64,000 nucleotides of DNA from the human T2T-CHM13v2.0 reference genome, Homo sapiens, in assembly GCF_009914755.1 (NCBI RefSeq), contig NC_060930.1; one strand, 5' to 3'. Below the pieces are notes generated by a model that was not told where the DNA came from, ran no database searches, and was given only the letters and a program-made list of their open reading frames with translations. Of this stretch, positions 15,163 to 27,936 are shown piece by piece. Made by a program: the position numbers and the translations under genes. The stretch's first letter is position 1. The number at the start of each line of letters is the position of its first letter.

Positions 15163-15822
15163 TGACACAGGATTTTTCTTGGCCCTTTTGCTGGGCTCAC
15201 AGCGGGGGCACCCCATCTACTCAGCCCGCCTGGGTCAAGTCTAACTTGCACACTGGCTTAGCCCATGGCTGGGCCTGGTGTGCCCCAGCTCGCCTGTGTT
15301 ATAGCTTGTACCCATGTTCAGTGGTTCTCGAGCTCTTGTCCAGCATCCAAGAAGAATGAGAATACACTGACGATTGAAGACTGAGGAGGGCAGAGCATAA
15401 CTTTATTGAGTGATGGAACACTCTCAGCAGTGAGAGGGGATGCGACGTGGTCCCTCACCCCCTCAGTTGGGTGGTTTCTCTCTCAGTGTGGCTGAGTCTG
15501 GGACTTTTATGGGCTCAGAATACAGGAGTCCACTCTGATTGGTTTGTGAATATGCAAAGAAAGCTAAAGCAAAGGTACCACTCAAAGGTGGGCACGGCAG
15601 TGTAGAAGACCAATTAGAAAAGGGTAGGCATATGTAAAACAGGTGAAGGCTGGGGATCAATCAGAGGAATGTGCACCAAATGGGAAGACAAGTTCTCAAT
15701 CTGGTCTGAAGACTTACCTGAGACTTGTAGGTAGGCTTTGAACTGTCTTCAGCTTGAAGGTGGAGTTTCACCAGGCACCTGCCCTATCTGCCTAGGCATT
15801 TGCCTGTCTCTGGCTGCTATCA
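15163..15822 (-). mobile_element. ERV1 solo LTR, LTR27 family
   Basis: Minus strand starts TGATAGCAGCCAGAGACAGGCAAATGCCTAGGCAGATAGGG and ends ...TGTGTCA. 4-bp flanks CAAA/GAAA. Confidence 0.75.
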
Positions 15823-16244
15823 GAAACACATGTTTTTGTTTGTTTGTTTGTTTGTTTTTGGTTTTTGTTTTTCCTTTCCTTTACCACAACCATGACAGAT
15901 TATAGAATGACCAAGACCAAGATAATTATAGATTATCCAAGACCAGTGTTATCTCTATATTTCTATGTGACTCTTTTTCAAGAACCACAGTACTTCTAAA
16001 ACAGAAAGTACACATAAAGAAATATAGGACCTTAAATATATCTTTCCCGCTTCCAAATTTAGCTCAGAACTTACTTATTTGAGGAAACTTGTGTCCTCTA
16101 ATTCGTTCCGATTTTTATCATTTGATTTGCATGCCAGCATTTATTTTCTTATTTTGAGTCTCCTGCTAATTAATATTTAAGCTTTTGCTTTTTCCTGCTT
16201 TTCCATTCCATATTTCCATTTTTCTGTCCCTTGATTGGTTCAGC

Positions 16245-16490
16245 ATAGCATAGTAATTATAATAAGGATTTGGGAGTCTGAAGTCCTAATTTCATATCTC
16301 AAATGTTCCATAGTTTAATCTCTGTGATTTTGTGAAAATTACTTAATCTTTCTAATTCTCAGATTCCTTATCTGAAAAACAGAGATAACAGTCCCTCTTT
16401 CATGGGCATTTGGGGAAGATCTAATGAGATAATGGTTGTCAATTATTTACCACCATGCCTGGCACATAGTAAAGTTTGAAATAATGTAAC
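16245..16490 (+). mobile_element. MIR SINE
   Basis: TTACTTAATCTTTCTAATTCTCAGATTCCTTATCTGAAAA core; ATGCCTGGCACATAGTAA end. Confidence 0.7.
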
Positions 16491-17837
16491 CTGCCATAAT
16501 GCCTATAGCAGTCAGAGTTTACATGGATTCTGTTCACAGCATCTTTTGTGAAGACTTATTAATTAGTCACTTGTATAGTTAATTAATTATTGCTTTTAGG
16601 GATGGGGACCCTCCATGAAATACATTAGCAACTGTGGGGCATTTAGAGTTGAGATGACCATGCATTCTTACTCTGAGCAAAAATCTCTGTCCAAGAAGCA
16701 GGAATATATTGAGGCTGGGGACACACTCCCATCATGCACACTCACCCCCTGTTATTGCAGACAAATGAATTAGAGCTTCTGCTGTACACAGCCAGGAGTG
16801 GAAACAGGTGAGCGATTAGACCCGAGCAGATGTACAAACTAGAAATCTAATCTTCTACAAGAAACCCTAGAAAACATGACTTGATCTCAGCTCACCACAG
16901 TGTTGTGGTTAAAGAGATGAAAACAGCCTAATATGGCTTGTTATCTTTTCCTTCTTTCTATTCATTTTACAAGCAGTTTGGAAAGCTTCCCAGATGCTAA
17001 TCTATAAGTCTTTCCAAATAGCACCTCAGAGGCCAGAGAAATGGGAGGGCTGTGGGGAAAACCTAAATTTGTTAACAGGGTGGATTTTCTCTTTCCGTAA
17101 GTTAGTGGATTCTTCTGTGTCTATTCCAAGGGTAGAGAAAAGATTCTGCCTGTTACTGAGCTTCAGCAAACACACAAATCAAACATGCCTCTTGTCTGCA
17201 GCCAGACAAGCCGACGTGTGTTGCGGCTGCCGAGTCATCCATCCTCGGAGCTGTGTGTCAGAGCTTGGCCGAGAGCAGGATCCATGACAGGGACAGGGGT
17301 TATTTCGCAGCAGAGTTAAGGCATCATTTTTCCTTCCCAGCAGTGCTCCCGTTTGAACTCCTCTCCAGATGTTTTTCCCTCTACCATGTAAGGAGCAAAG
17401 TGATGGGCTCAGATGAGCCAAGGTAGAAGAAAACAAAATGAATTGACTAGTCCAGGAGGTACTCTCATAAGACACACCCACCTCACCCCTTGTTTTGTGC
17501 AGTCCTATTTCCAGAATAAGGGGAGGAGGAGGCCTGATTGGAGGAATGATGCTGAGATCAGAGACCTGGCCTTTGTCATGGTGGTGGAGAAGGCAGAAAA
17601 GCACCACTGGCTGCAAAAATTCCCTTGCGCTTTCTCTCAAGAATGAAATGGATGTGATTATTGCAGATGGGAAAAGTATTTTAATTTCCAAGTTAAAGAT
17701 GCATGGAAAGATATAGGTAGGAGAAGAAAGAAACCTGGGCTGCTGATTTATTCAGAAGTGAAGAGAGAACAGAAGAGAAACACATTGAATATGTGCTCAA
17801 CAATGCATATTTATGTTTGTTTTCCTGGATCAGGCAA

Positions 17838-18315
17838 GGTTATGGGTTGAATTAGTCCCCATTAAATGATAAATCCAAGTGCTACCCACTGTGTCCTGTG
17901 AATGTGTGACCTCACCTGGAAATAGGCTCCTGGCTGATGCAATGGAGTCGAGATTAGGTCATACTGAGGATAGAGGGTGGACACTACTACAGTGTAACTG
18001 ATGTCTTTATAAGAAGATGAGGAGAGACACAGAGACAGACACAGGGAGAAAGAGGCCATGTGACAACAGAGACAAAGATTGGAGTGAGGCGGCTACAAGG
18101 CAAGAAATACCAGAGGTTGCCCACCCCACTCCCACACCCCCTCGCCCCAGAACTGGGAAAAGTGAGCCCAGACTCCACTCTGAGCCTCAGAGGAGCATGA
18201 CCTGCCACGCCTGGGTGTTGGACGTCCAGCCTCCAGAACTGTGAGAGAAAACGTTTCTGTTGTTTTCATCCAGACTGTTGGTGGTTCTCTGATACAGTGA
18301 CCCTAATGCAAATGC
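17838..18315 (+). mobile_element. MLT1C-like MaLR LTR
   Basis: GTTATGGGTTGAATT start; GGCCATGTGACAACAGAGACAAAGATTGGAGTGA; CCAGCCTCCAGAACTGTGAGAG. Confidence 0.8.
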
Positions 18316-21127
18316 TGAAGGAAATGTGAAAAAAAAAAAAGGGACACAGTTTTTACCCTTAAAGAGTCTCCAGCATGAGTAGAAAGATTATCTAGCTTAT
18401 GTGTGCTAGAAACAGTACATGACAGTTGTTGAAAGGAGAACGAGGTCAGCGTTGTTGTGTTGAGGTTATTGGTGAAGTTCTTATGCTCTAATGTCCAATG
18501 AAGGCCTCATACTATGCTTAAATATGTATATTTTAGATGTATAGTATTTTGAAGCTGAAATAGACTTAATTATCTGGCAGCTTGTAAAATGTGTCCTAAG
18601 GAGAGTGGGGCTTCTATAGAGTTGCTCCATCTCCACCTCCCACCTCTGACGCCTGCCTCCACCACTCCCCCGGCCTCTCTCCATGGCAGCCGTCCCCCTC
18701 AAACCTGGTCCATAAACACAGACATTCGCCTTTGAGGCATTGGCTGTTCTAATATTAGTCATCTGCCATGAAGCCGGCCTTCTCCCTAGTCTCTGATAAC
18801 AGTGATTTCCTACGTTTGGGTGGGAGTTGCAAATCATTTTGTGTCCTGTACAAACACAATGTCTCTTGCCATTAACAACCTCTCTTAATATGCTTTTATT
18901 TTACCTTTTCTTTTTAATTTTTATTTATTTATTTTGCAAGCAGCAAAACCTCACTCTGAAGTAGAAAATGATTTTTAGGGGGAGGATTAGCTAGCTTGCT
19001 GAATTCTAAGACTTGAAACAAGATTTTAAAATGGACAGAATCAGGGGAAGCCAGATGGCCAAAATGCTGTCCCATAAGACATCCATTGAGGACAGCACAG
19101 CCATCACCATGAAAACTCATGAGACAGCTTGGAACACTGTGGCCGCTCTCAGCCTGGAAACCTCCCTCCACCATAGCATCCCTGGTACTACCCTCCTGGA
19201 AGCCAGAGACAGTGGTGCTACCGCTGTCTGCAGCCAAGCTGGGCTCCACAGACCAGCTCTGCGACCTTCACCCTGGTGCATACTCCCTGACAAAGGCGTC
19301 TGCGTGGCTGAGCCTGGCAAGAACTTAGTCTCTGGTCTCTGCTGAACTGCAAGAGAGCAGAAAATAGAGTGTTGCATGTGCAGTGAGAAGAGAAAAGTGG
19401 GATGTTGGCCAGCACTCCCTACTTGTTTCTTTTTTGTTTGTTTGTGTGTTTGCCTTTTGCAAATGCAGATAGCACTCAGCAGCCCAGGATCTCATCATCA
19501 GAGCTCAGCACAGATGATCTGTATCAGAGTTTCATGTAAAATTTTATTCAAAAAATTGACTCTTGCAACCCAATGGCCCTGTCCAGTCGGCTCAATCTGC
19601 AGACTGCAAATGTTGGGGGTGTCAAGTGACTCACTCAAGGTCACGCAGCTCATTAGTGTGAGCCTATCCATCAGCGCAGGGCCCCCTCCTGCTCTCCATG
19701 GCAGCCAGTCGGCATCCTACCTGACAGGCTGAGAAGAACGCTCCCAGGATCCCGAGCACATGCATTTGGGGGAGGGTGAGATGATTCTAACAGCCGTGAT
19801 GAGGAAAAGCCCCAGGAAATACCACATGGTTTTGAGAGACAATGATCAACACCGAGTGAAGGGTGACGGGTGAAAAATATATTGTGGATAATATATAGCC
19901 ATCTCTTGCCTTTTGAATTAGATGTCAGTGTGTCCCCCTAAACTCTAAGATAGACACTCATGGAGAGGCATCAGAGAGGAGCTCAGAGGTTTGTTGCCTG
20001 ATTGAGGACACTTCCAGGAGTGGTGAACCCTATGCTGAAAACCAAAGAAAATCTTCATTAGAAATTACCTAAAGATCTGTGCTTTGGAGAGCCAGATGCA
20101 ACGAGGCCAGGTATGAAGATCATCGGATCTGTGCTGGGCAGCACAGACGGAAGGAGTCCCACAAAGCCACAGGGAGCAGCCCTATCTTAGCTCATCTCTC
20201 CAGATGAATCATGGTTTGGAAGGTGACTGCTTGGAGTTCCCTGTGCGAAACAAGACAGGAGCGGAGGCTGTCAGAGTCCTTTAGCTGCTTCTACATCAGG
20301 GCTTCCAGAGTATTCAGTGAGCTGCTGGAAGCCACAATGACAAAGGAGGCCACTACACGAGTGGGAGAAACTGGTGCTTTAAATTAAATTTTAAAAATCC
20401 AAGATAGTAGTTGTAAGCATTTTTAATTAGTTACATATCTGCTCATAAAATGTAGACATTTATTTGTTTCTACTATGCCTGAGAGCTAATAGAGCAAACT
20501 TTAAGTAAGGCAAGGAGTCTAGAAAAGGACAGAAGAACTGACCCACAGCCATGGGTCACATGGTAATAACAACAGAGAGGTATGTTTCCAAATGTTACTT
20601 ATAAGTGACAGGATGATTCAAAATGATGAAAACTCTAGATAGGTCCTTATAATGGAAAAAAGACATGTTTAAATGCTGTGAACAGACTAGGTACGTTATC
20701 ATAATGCCATTGTAATATCTTATGTAATGCCAGTTCATATAAACTTGAACATCTGAGCTTCAAGAAAAACACAAAGTCTGTAAAACATCAAATTCTGGGG
20801 GATAAGAGTAGAAAGTCATGAGAGATTCTATGACACCATAAGTAAAATTTGTTATTAATGCTTGTGCTTTTCCTGCACAAGCAGGTCCCATTTTTCTAGC
20901 AAAAATATTTCATTGATAACTCACATCTGGCAACCATGGCTGGCCTGAAAAGATATTTTCATTTATTTTGGGCGTGGTAACTGTAACAGAATCCTAGTGG
21001 TGTATAGAATCTACACCAGAGAAGAACAGGAATAAATAATACTATAATCTCAGTAAGTTTAATAATAGTTACCAATATGATCTCTAATAAATTTAACATT
21101 CTTTTAAATTTATTATAGGATAAGTTT

Positions 21128-21712
21128 CTAATCATCTGATGGATTATTTTTGCCCAATGCACAGATAAAACCAATTAACCAAGACTGTGGTATCACAGTA
21201 GAGAAAGACTGTAGTAAATTCAGGGCTAGCCAAGTGGAAGGATGGGAGACTATTACTCAAATCAGTGTCCCCAGTAACTCAGAGGCTAGGAGGTTTATGA
21301 ATAAGTTGGTGGTCAGGGAGCTAGAGAATTGATGCTGCTGATTGGTGGATGAAATCACAGAGGTGTGGAAAAATTTCCTGGTTGCTGAGTCAGCCTCTGG
21401 CTGGGGGCCATAGGACCAGTTGAGTCATGATTCATGGATCCTGGTGGAGTCAGTTGATCACCAGAATGCAAAAATCTGGAAACCATCTCAAAGACCAATT
21501 TTAAATTTTGACAATAGTGATGTTATCTATAGGAACAAGTAAGGAAAATTGAAAATCTTGTGAACTCTGGAACCACAGCTGATTATCCTTTAACTACACC
21601 TATGTTTTAGCAGAGTTTGGGCCTCTCCCATAATCCTAATCTTATGGCCTTTCATTGGTCTTACAAAGGCAGTTTCAGTCCAAGAAGAAAGGGGTCAATT
21701 TTAGGGTTAAAC
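21128..21712 (-). mobile_element. ERV1 LTR8-group LTR (incomplete)
   Basis: TTACTCAAATCAGTGTCCCC, CAATAGTGATGTTATCTATAGG and TAATCCTAATCTTATGGCCTTTCATT match the LTR8/LTR8A antisense strand. Confidence 0.65.
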
Positions 21713-21778
21713 TTCTTTCCTTTATAGCTCATCCAGGCTTGGGCAGTTCTTTACAGCAGTGTGAAAACAGACTAACAC
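21707..21778 (+). mobile_element. THE1/MST LTR 3'-terminal fragment
   Basis: TTAAACTTCTTTCCTTTATA...CAGCAGTGTGAAAACAGACTAACACA. Confidence 0.7.
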
Positions 21779-22291
21779 AAATATTTTCCAAGAGGTAACG
21801 AACATTTTAAGAGAGAGGAGGAAAGCGTTACATTGCCATCTCTCAAAATGACTGATTTTTCATTAAGTATGTCAGAGAGCTCATTTTATTCCATTCTTTC
21901 CAGAATTGCATATTACCATTGAAGAAAAAATTACTAATCTCTTAAACTGAAAAATCATATTTTTGTTTTAATTTTGCTTTTTTTGGTTATTAAGTGGAAT
22001 AATTTTAATAGTTTTGTTAATCATCTGTAATTCTTCTTTTCTAATAGTCAGGTTTTAATGAAGTTCCTATTGAATTTTAGCATTTTTTTCTTATCTACTT
22101 ACATGGGCTGTTTCTACAATAGTTTATTACTCCTTCTTATATATTTGTTGCAATCATTTCCTTCGTTTACAATTGTTAAAGTTAGCTTTGTGATTATTTT
22201 AACATGTTTAAATTCAAATTTATATTTACTTTGTCTTTGTATTTTGTATTGATTTGGGTTTGAAAATGACTTTGATTTCCAGATCAGATAT

Positions 22292-23197
22292 GTAGGTTGA
22301 GCATTCTTAATCTGAAAGTCCAAAATCCAAAATACTCCAAAATTTAAAACTTTTTGATCTTCAACATGACATTACATGTGGAAAATTTCACACTTCACCC
22401 TCATGTGATCTGATGCAGTCAAATCACAGTCAAAACTTTATTTCATGCACAGAATTATTTAAAATATTATATAAAATTACTTTCAGGCTGTGTGTATAAG
22501 GTGTGCATAAAACATAAATGAATTTTGTATTTAGACTTGGGCCCCTTCCTTAAGATACCTTATGTATACGCAAATATCTCAAAATTTAAAAAAAATCCAA
22601 AATCTGAAACTCTTCTGGTCCCAACTGTTGTAGTTAATATTGAGTACCAACTTGATTGGATTGAAGGATGCAAAGTCTGATTTCTGGGCCTGTCTGTGAG
22701 AGTGTTGCCAAAGGGATTAACTTTTGAATCAGTGGACTGGGAGAGACAGACCCACTCTCAATTTGGGTGGGCACCATCTAATCAGCTGCTGGCATGGCTA
22801 GAATAAAGCAGGCAGAAGTTGGAAGGACTTGATTTGCTGAGTCTTCTGGCCTTCACCTTTCTCCCGTGTTCAATGCTTCCTGCCCTGGAACATCAGAGTC
22901 CAAGTTCTTCAGCTTTTGGACTCTTGGACTTACACCAGTTAATTTGCCAGGGGCTTTCAGGTCTTCGGCCACAGACTGAAGGCTGCGCTGTCAACTTCCC
23001 TACTTTTGAGGTTTGGGGACTCGGACTGGCTTCCTTGCCCCTCAACTTGCAGACGGCCTATTGTGGGACTTCACCTTGTGATCATGTGAGTCAATTATCC
23101 TAATAAACTCCCCTTCATATGTACATCTATGCTGTTAGTCCTGTCCCTCTAGAGAATGCTAATACACCGCGCATTTTAGATAAGGACAATCCACCTA
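22292..23197 (+). mobile_element. Tigger4b (MER46) DNA transposon, split by an MLT2A LTR
   Basis: AGGTTGAGCATTCTTAATCTGAAAGTCCAAAATCC start. ...TGGTCCCAA is interrupted and resumes as GCATTTTAGATAAGG after 23170. Confidence 0.8.
22626..23166 (+). mobile_element. MLT2A (HERV-L) solo LTR, ~540 bp (MLT2A2-like)
   Basis: GTTAATATTGAGT..CAACTTGATTGGATTGAAGGATGCAAAGT; ends CTAATACA. Donor CAT|GTGAGT at 23086, AATAAA at 23102. Confidence 0.88.
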
Positions 23198-23414
23198 TAT
23201 ATTCTCCTATATTTCTGTTTTTATTGTCTTGTTTTTATTTTTTAACACAAATATAAAATGTATTAGAATTTTAATATTTTTTATGATGTGCTGTAAATAT
23301 AACCTTTTATTTCTAGGATGTCAACGTTAACTAAGAAAGCAAACTCAGCTTCTCATTTGTATGTAACTGTATTTAGCACCCTTAAATGACTTTCTTAAAT
23401 AGCTCTACTCTTAC

Positions 23415-23734
<320 letters not shown>

Positions 23735-25219
23735 TAATTATATTTTAAATAATGGCATCTTTTTGAAATATAAGGAAAACATGAAAAATGTAAAATTCCT
23801 TATAAGATACAAGATTACAGATAAAATGGGATTTAATACTGCTGGTAACCATCTCCCTGCACCAGCTGAGTGATGAGGTCAGAGAATAAATCTGGTTAAA
23901 TAGATCTGAAAATACTGTGCTATCTGGTGGGGATGTGAGTGTTTAAAAGACCTACGAGATTAGCATAGTAAACTAGCATGAGTCATGCACAGCTGAAAAG
24001 ATTAGCGCCTCTGCTGCCTTTTCAGCTAGACTATCAAATGCTAATGGCCTCCATGTAGGACTGACCTACTCTGATGAATAGTTTGCAATAATAACATGTA
24101 GACCAAGTTAACAAAAATGGCCATATTTATAATAAAAATGGCCATATTTATGATAAAAATGATCCCCCGTGTTTGTTTGCACATCTGAATATTCTGATAC
24201 TGACTTATTTTCTCCTGTTGTTGTAGGCAGTAACACCTAATTCAAGGAAACCCAGAGAAAGGTACAGGAAACATACTAAGAACACAGGAACCTCTGGATC
24301 CAGGAAAGGTGACTGAGTCCACAATGCCTCTAACAGACCTGAAGATAAATCACAAGACAACAAAACGTCGCTGTCTCTTATTTGGTGCCCTATGGCTGAA
24401 AATGTGCAGTGTTTCTGATGTATGTCTTTATGGGGGCCTTTTAGGATAAAGAGAATCGTGTAAGTTAGGGCTTGCCTGACAGAGACATGATCTAGAATCA
24501 GTATCCTCGGATCTTCTCATCTCTACAGTTAACTCACGCCCAAGTCCCTGGAGGGCACAGACACAGCCCTGAGGATTTGTCTGCGGGGCTCTCAGCACCC
24601 TTGAGGATTTCCATTAGTGAGACAAATGGCGAATTCACTGCAGCCAAATGTTGCACATTTCATGATTAAAGACAAGTATCTCCAGACTGGGCTTCATTTA
24701 TTTCTCCTGCAGTGAAATATGTGTGGATTTGTATTTTTTCATTACTACACAAATACAAGCAGTTTATGAAATGCTGAAGGAATTATCAAAGTTAAATCTC
24801 CCATTCTATGGCTATGCGAAGAATTTTCTTGTTTCTTGCTTCATAAAAACACAAGCCACTATCTAATGATCTAATGAAAAAATCTATTTAATTACATTGT
24901 TTAAAAAGTGAAATTAGAATTTGGCACATCTGCTCAATACCTCAGGTGGAGTTAAACCCTTGCTTTCTGAAATAAAGGGTACTGTAGAAATGTGTACCAC
25001 CAATTGTCCCAAGTTATTGGTTAGTAATGCAAATGGCACTGGATCATAACATCAAAGTTGTTGTTTTGGTTCAGATAATTGTACTATGCATTTCCAGGCT
25101 AGCAGACCATTCATTTGTATTTTCACCCATCCTAATACTTAAGTGTCTACTAGATGCTGGCCACCATGGAGGAGCTGGGAATACAGTGGTAAACAAGAGT
25201 GCTGGAGCCCAGGGAGCTT

Positions 25220-25742
25220 GCTATGATACACACCACCACCATGGTCCCAGTAATTCCTGCTGGCATTCAAGCCCTTGTGTAATCTCCTCCTCCTTTTGTG
25301 CACATGGAATGGACCCAATGACTGTTTTCTAACAGAATTTGACAAGAATTCTGGAATGTCATTTTCCAGATTAGGTCACCAGTGGCTTCTTTCTTGGGCG
25401 CTATCTCTTCCCTCTGTCTCATTTGCTCTGCAAGAAGACCTGCCATATAGTGAGCTGCCTGAGAGAGGTCCACAGTGGAAGAAACCGATACCCCCCAAGG
25501 ACCATCAAGGACCAACATCCAATGAGTAGACCTGGGGCCGGACACACTGAGTGAGCCCGATGTAGCTACCTGCCCTTGGCCAATAACTTTATTACAGTCT
25601 GATGGAGACCCCCAGCTAGGGGCACGTGGCTAAGCCACTCCCAGATCCCTGCCCCACAATAATGTTGAGGGGATGCATGTTTGCTATCTAAGGTTGCAGA
25701 CTTTGGTGGTAGTTTGCTATGCAGAAATAGGTGACTTACACA
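25220..25742 (+). mobile_element. MLT1F-like MaLR LTR
   Basis: GTGAGCTGCCTGAGAGAGGTCCAC; GCTAAGCCACTCCCAGATCCCTG; TTTGCTATGCAGAAATAGGTGACT. Confidence 0.7.
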
Positions 25743-26367
25743 CTTACGTGCTAGAGCCAGGGTCAGATAATGGACAGATACATCCATGTATGATATGATG
25801 TCAGACTGATCTTTCTGCTTTCATGATTTTCTCTTTATCATTGATTTTGGGAGATTTGATTGTGATATTCCTTGGTGGTGTTTCCTTTATGTTTCTAATA
25901 CTTAGGGGGATTTTAGACTCTTGGAAGTACGAGTATAATTTTCATTAAATTTGGATACGTTCTAGCCATTATTTCTTCACATATATTTTCTAGTCCCTCC
26001 TTACTCTTCAGGGACTCTAATTACTCATTTTAGGGTGATATAAAGTTGTCCCACAGCTCACTCCTGCTTTGCTGATTTTTAAAAATTGATTTTTCACTCC
26101 GTGTTTCATTCTGGATCATTTGTATTTCTAAGTCTTCACATTCACTAATTCCTCTTTCTGCAAGGTCTAATTCACTTTTATTCTATCCAGGAAATTTTAC
26201 ATGACCTATACTGTAATTTTCATCCCTAGAAGTTTGATTGGGGTCTTTTTTATGCATTCCCTGTCTTCACTTGACTTTTTGAAATATGGAAATACAGTTA
26301 TAATAACTGTTTTAATGTAATTTTCTGCCAATTCTCACATTTGTGTCAGGGCTGGGTCAATTTTGAA

Positions 26368-26417
26368 GGATGGATGGATGGGTGGATGGATGGATGGATG
26401 GATGGATGGATGGATGG
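26368..26417. repeat. (GGAT)n tetranucleotide microsatellite
   Basis: About 12 near-perfect units. Confidence 0.95.
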
Positions 26418-27384
26418 AAGAATTTAGTCCTCATTATGAGTCATTTTCCTATTTCTTTACATGCCTGGTAATTTTTTATTGGATGCCCAGGTTTGTAAAT
26501 TTTAACTTGTGTGCTTGATTTTTTTTTAACTCCTATAAATGTCCTTGAACTTTATTCTGGAATGCAGTTCAGTTACTTGGAAACAGTTTAAAATTTTTAA
26601 ATTTTTATTTACTTTTTTATTCAGGGCATTGCTCAGTTTAGTGCAAATTATTCCCAACCCTGCAACCAGACACTTCAGCACAGTCTACAGGCTGCTTGTG
26701 AATGTGGAGTTTTTCCCGTCTGCCTGTGGAAAGAGACACTATTCTCAGCACTGTTACTACTGATCCTTCTGGGTGGCTCCTCTGTGGCCCCGGTGAGTTT
26801 CTTGGCATGCGTGTGGTTGTAAGGGACTCCACTGAATGCTCCCTGGGGACCCTGGGAAAGATGCTGTGCAGCTTCCTCTTCTGTGTTACCCCAACCTGTG
26901 AACTCAAGTACCTTCTCCTTCCAAGACTCTTATCCCGGTCTTCTCAACTCAGGGAGTCTGCAGGAGCCCCTCCTGTCTACTACTCCCTTCCATATGGCTT
27001 ATAAACCCTCTCAAGTCGGTGAAATAGGACGGTCATAGGATTCACTTTATTTTTCTACTTTTATGGATCACTGTCCACTTGTCTGATACCTATTGCCTTG
27101 CTAACCATGGTTTCACATATTTTGTCTGCTGGAGGTTGTTTGTAGTGGGAGGATATATCCCTGTACTCCATCTCATCCAGAAGTGCAAGGATGATATATG
27201 TTTATTCTTAATGAGATTTTTGTTTAGATATAATTATAGATTTACATTTAGTTGTACCAAATAATACAGAGAGAGCTTATGCACCCATTTATCTAATTTC
27301 TTCCAATGGTAACATCTTGTATAACATTGGACAATATCACAACCAGGATGTCGACATTAGTAAAGTCACAACATGGTACATTTC

Positions 27385-27936
27385 TGTGATATTCGGTGTC
27401 AACTTGATTGGATTGAAGGATGCAAAGTATTGTTTCTGGGTGTGTCTGTAAAGGTGTTGCCAGAGAAGATTAACATTTGGATCAGTGGACTGGGAGAGAC
27501 AGCTCACCCTCAGTCTGGGTGGGCACAATCCAATTGGCTGGCAGCACAGCTAGAAAAAGCAGGCAGAAGAAGGTGGAATTAGCTGACTTGCTGAGTCTTC
27601 CGGCCTTCATCTTTCCCCTGTGCTGAATACTTCCTGCCCTCAAACATCGGACTCCAAGCTCTTCAGCTTTTGGACTCTTGGACTTACACCAGTGGTTTAA
27701 CAGGGACTCTCAGGCCTTCAGACACAGACTAAAGGCTGCACTGTTGGCTTCCCTACTTTTGAGGTTTTGGGACTCGGACTGAGCCACTGCTGACTTCCTA
27801 TCTCCTCAGTTTGCAGAGATGGCCTATCATAGGGCTTCACCTTAGCATCGTGTGAGTCACTTCTCAATAGACTCTCTTTCATATATATACATATATCCTA
27901 TTAGTTCTATCCCTCTAGAGAACCCTGACAGATACA
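27385..27936 (+). mobile_element. MLT2A2-like (HERV-L) solo LTR
   Basis: Homologous to 22626-23166. 5-bp TSD ATTTC (27380-27384) / ATTTT (27937-27941). Donor CGT|GTGAGT at 27852. Confidence 0.88.

Noticed and set aside
17179-19732. ORFs of 100-170 aa in unique or LTR-remnant sequence
   Set aside because: Mostly non-ATG or weak starts, no recognisable homology, and no consistent coding-exon structure.
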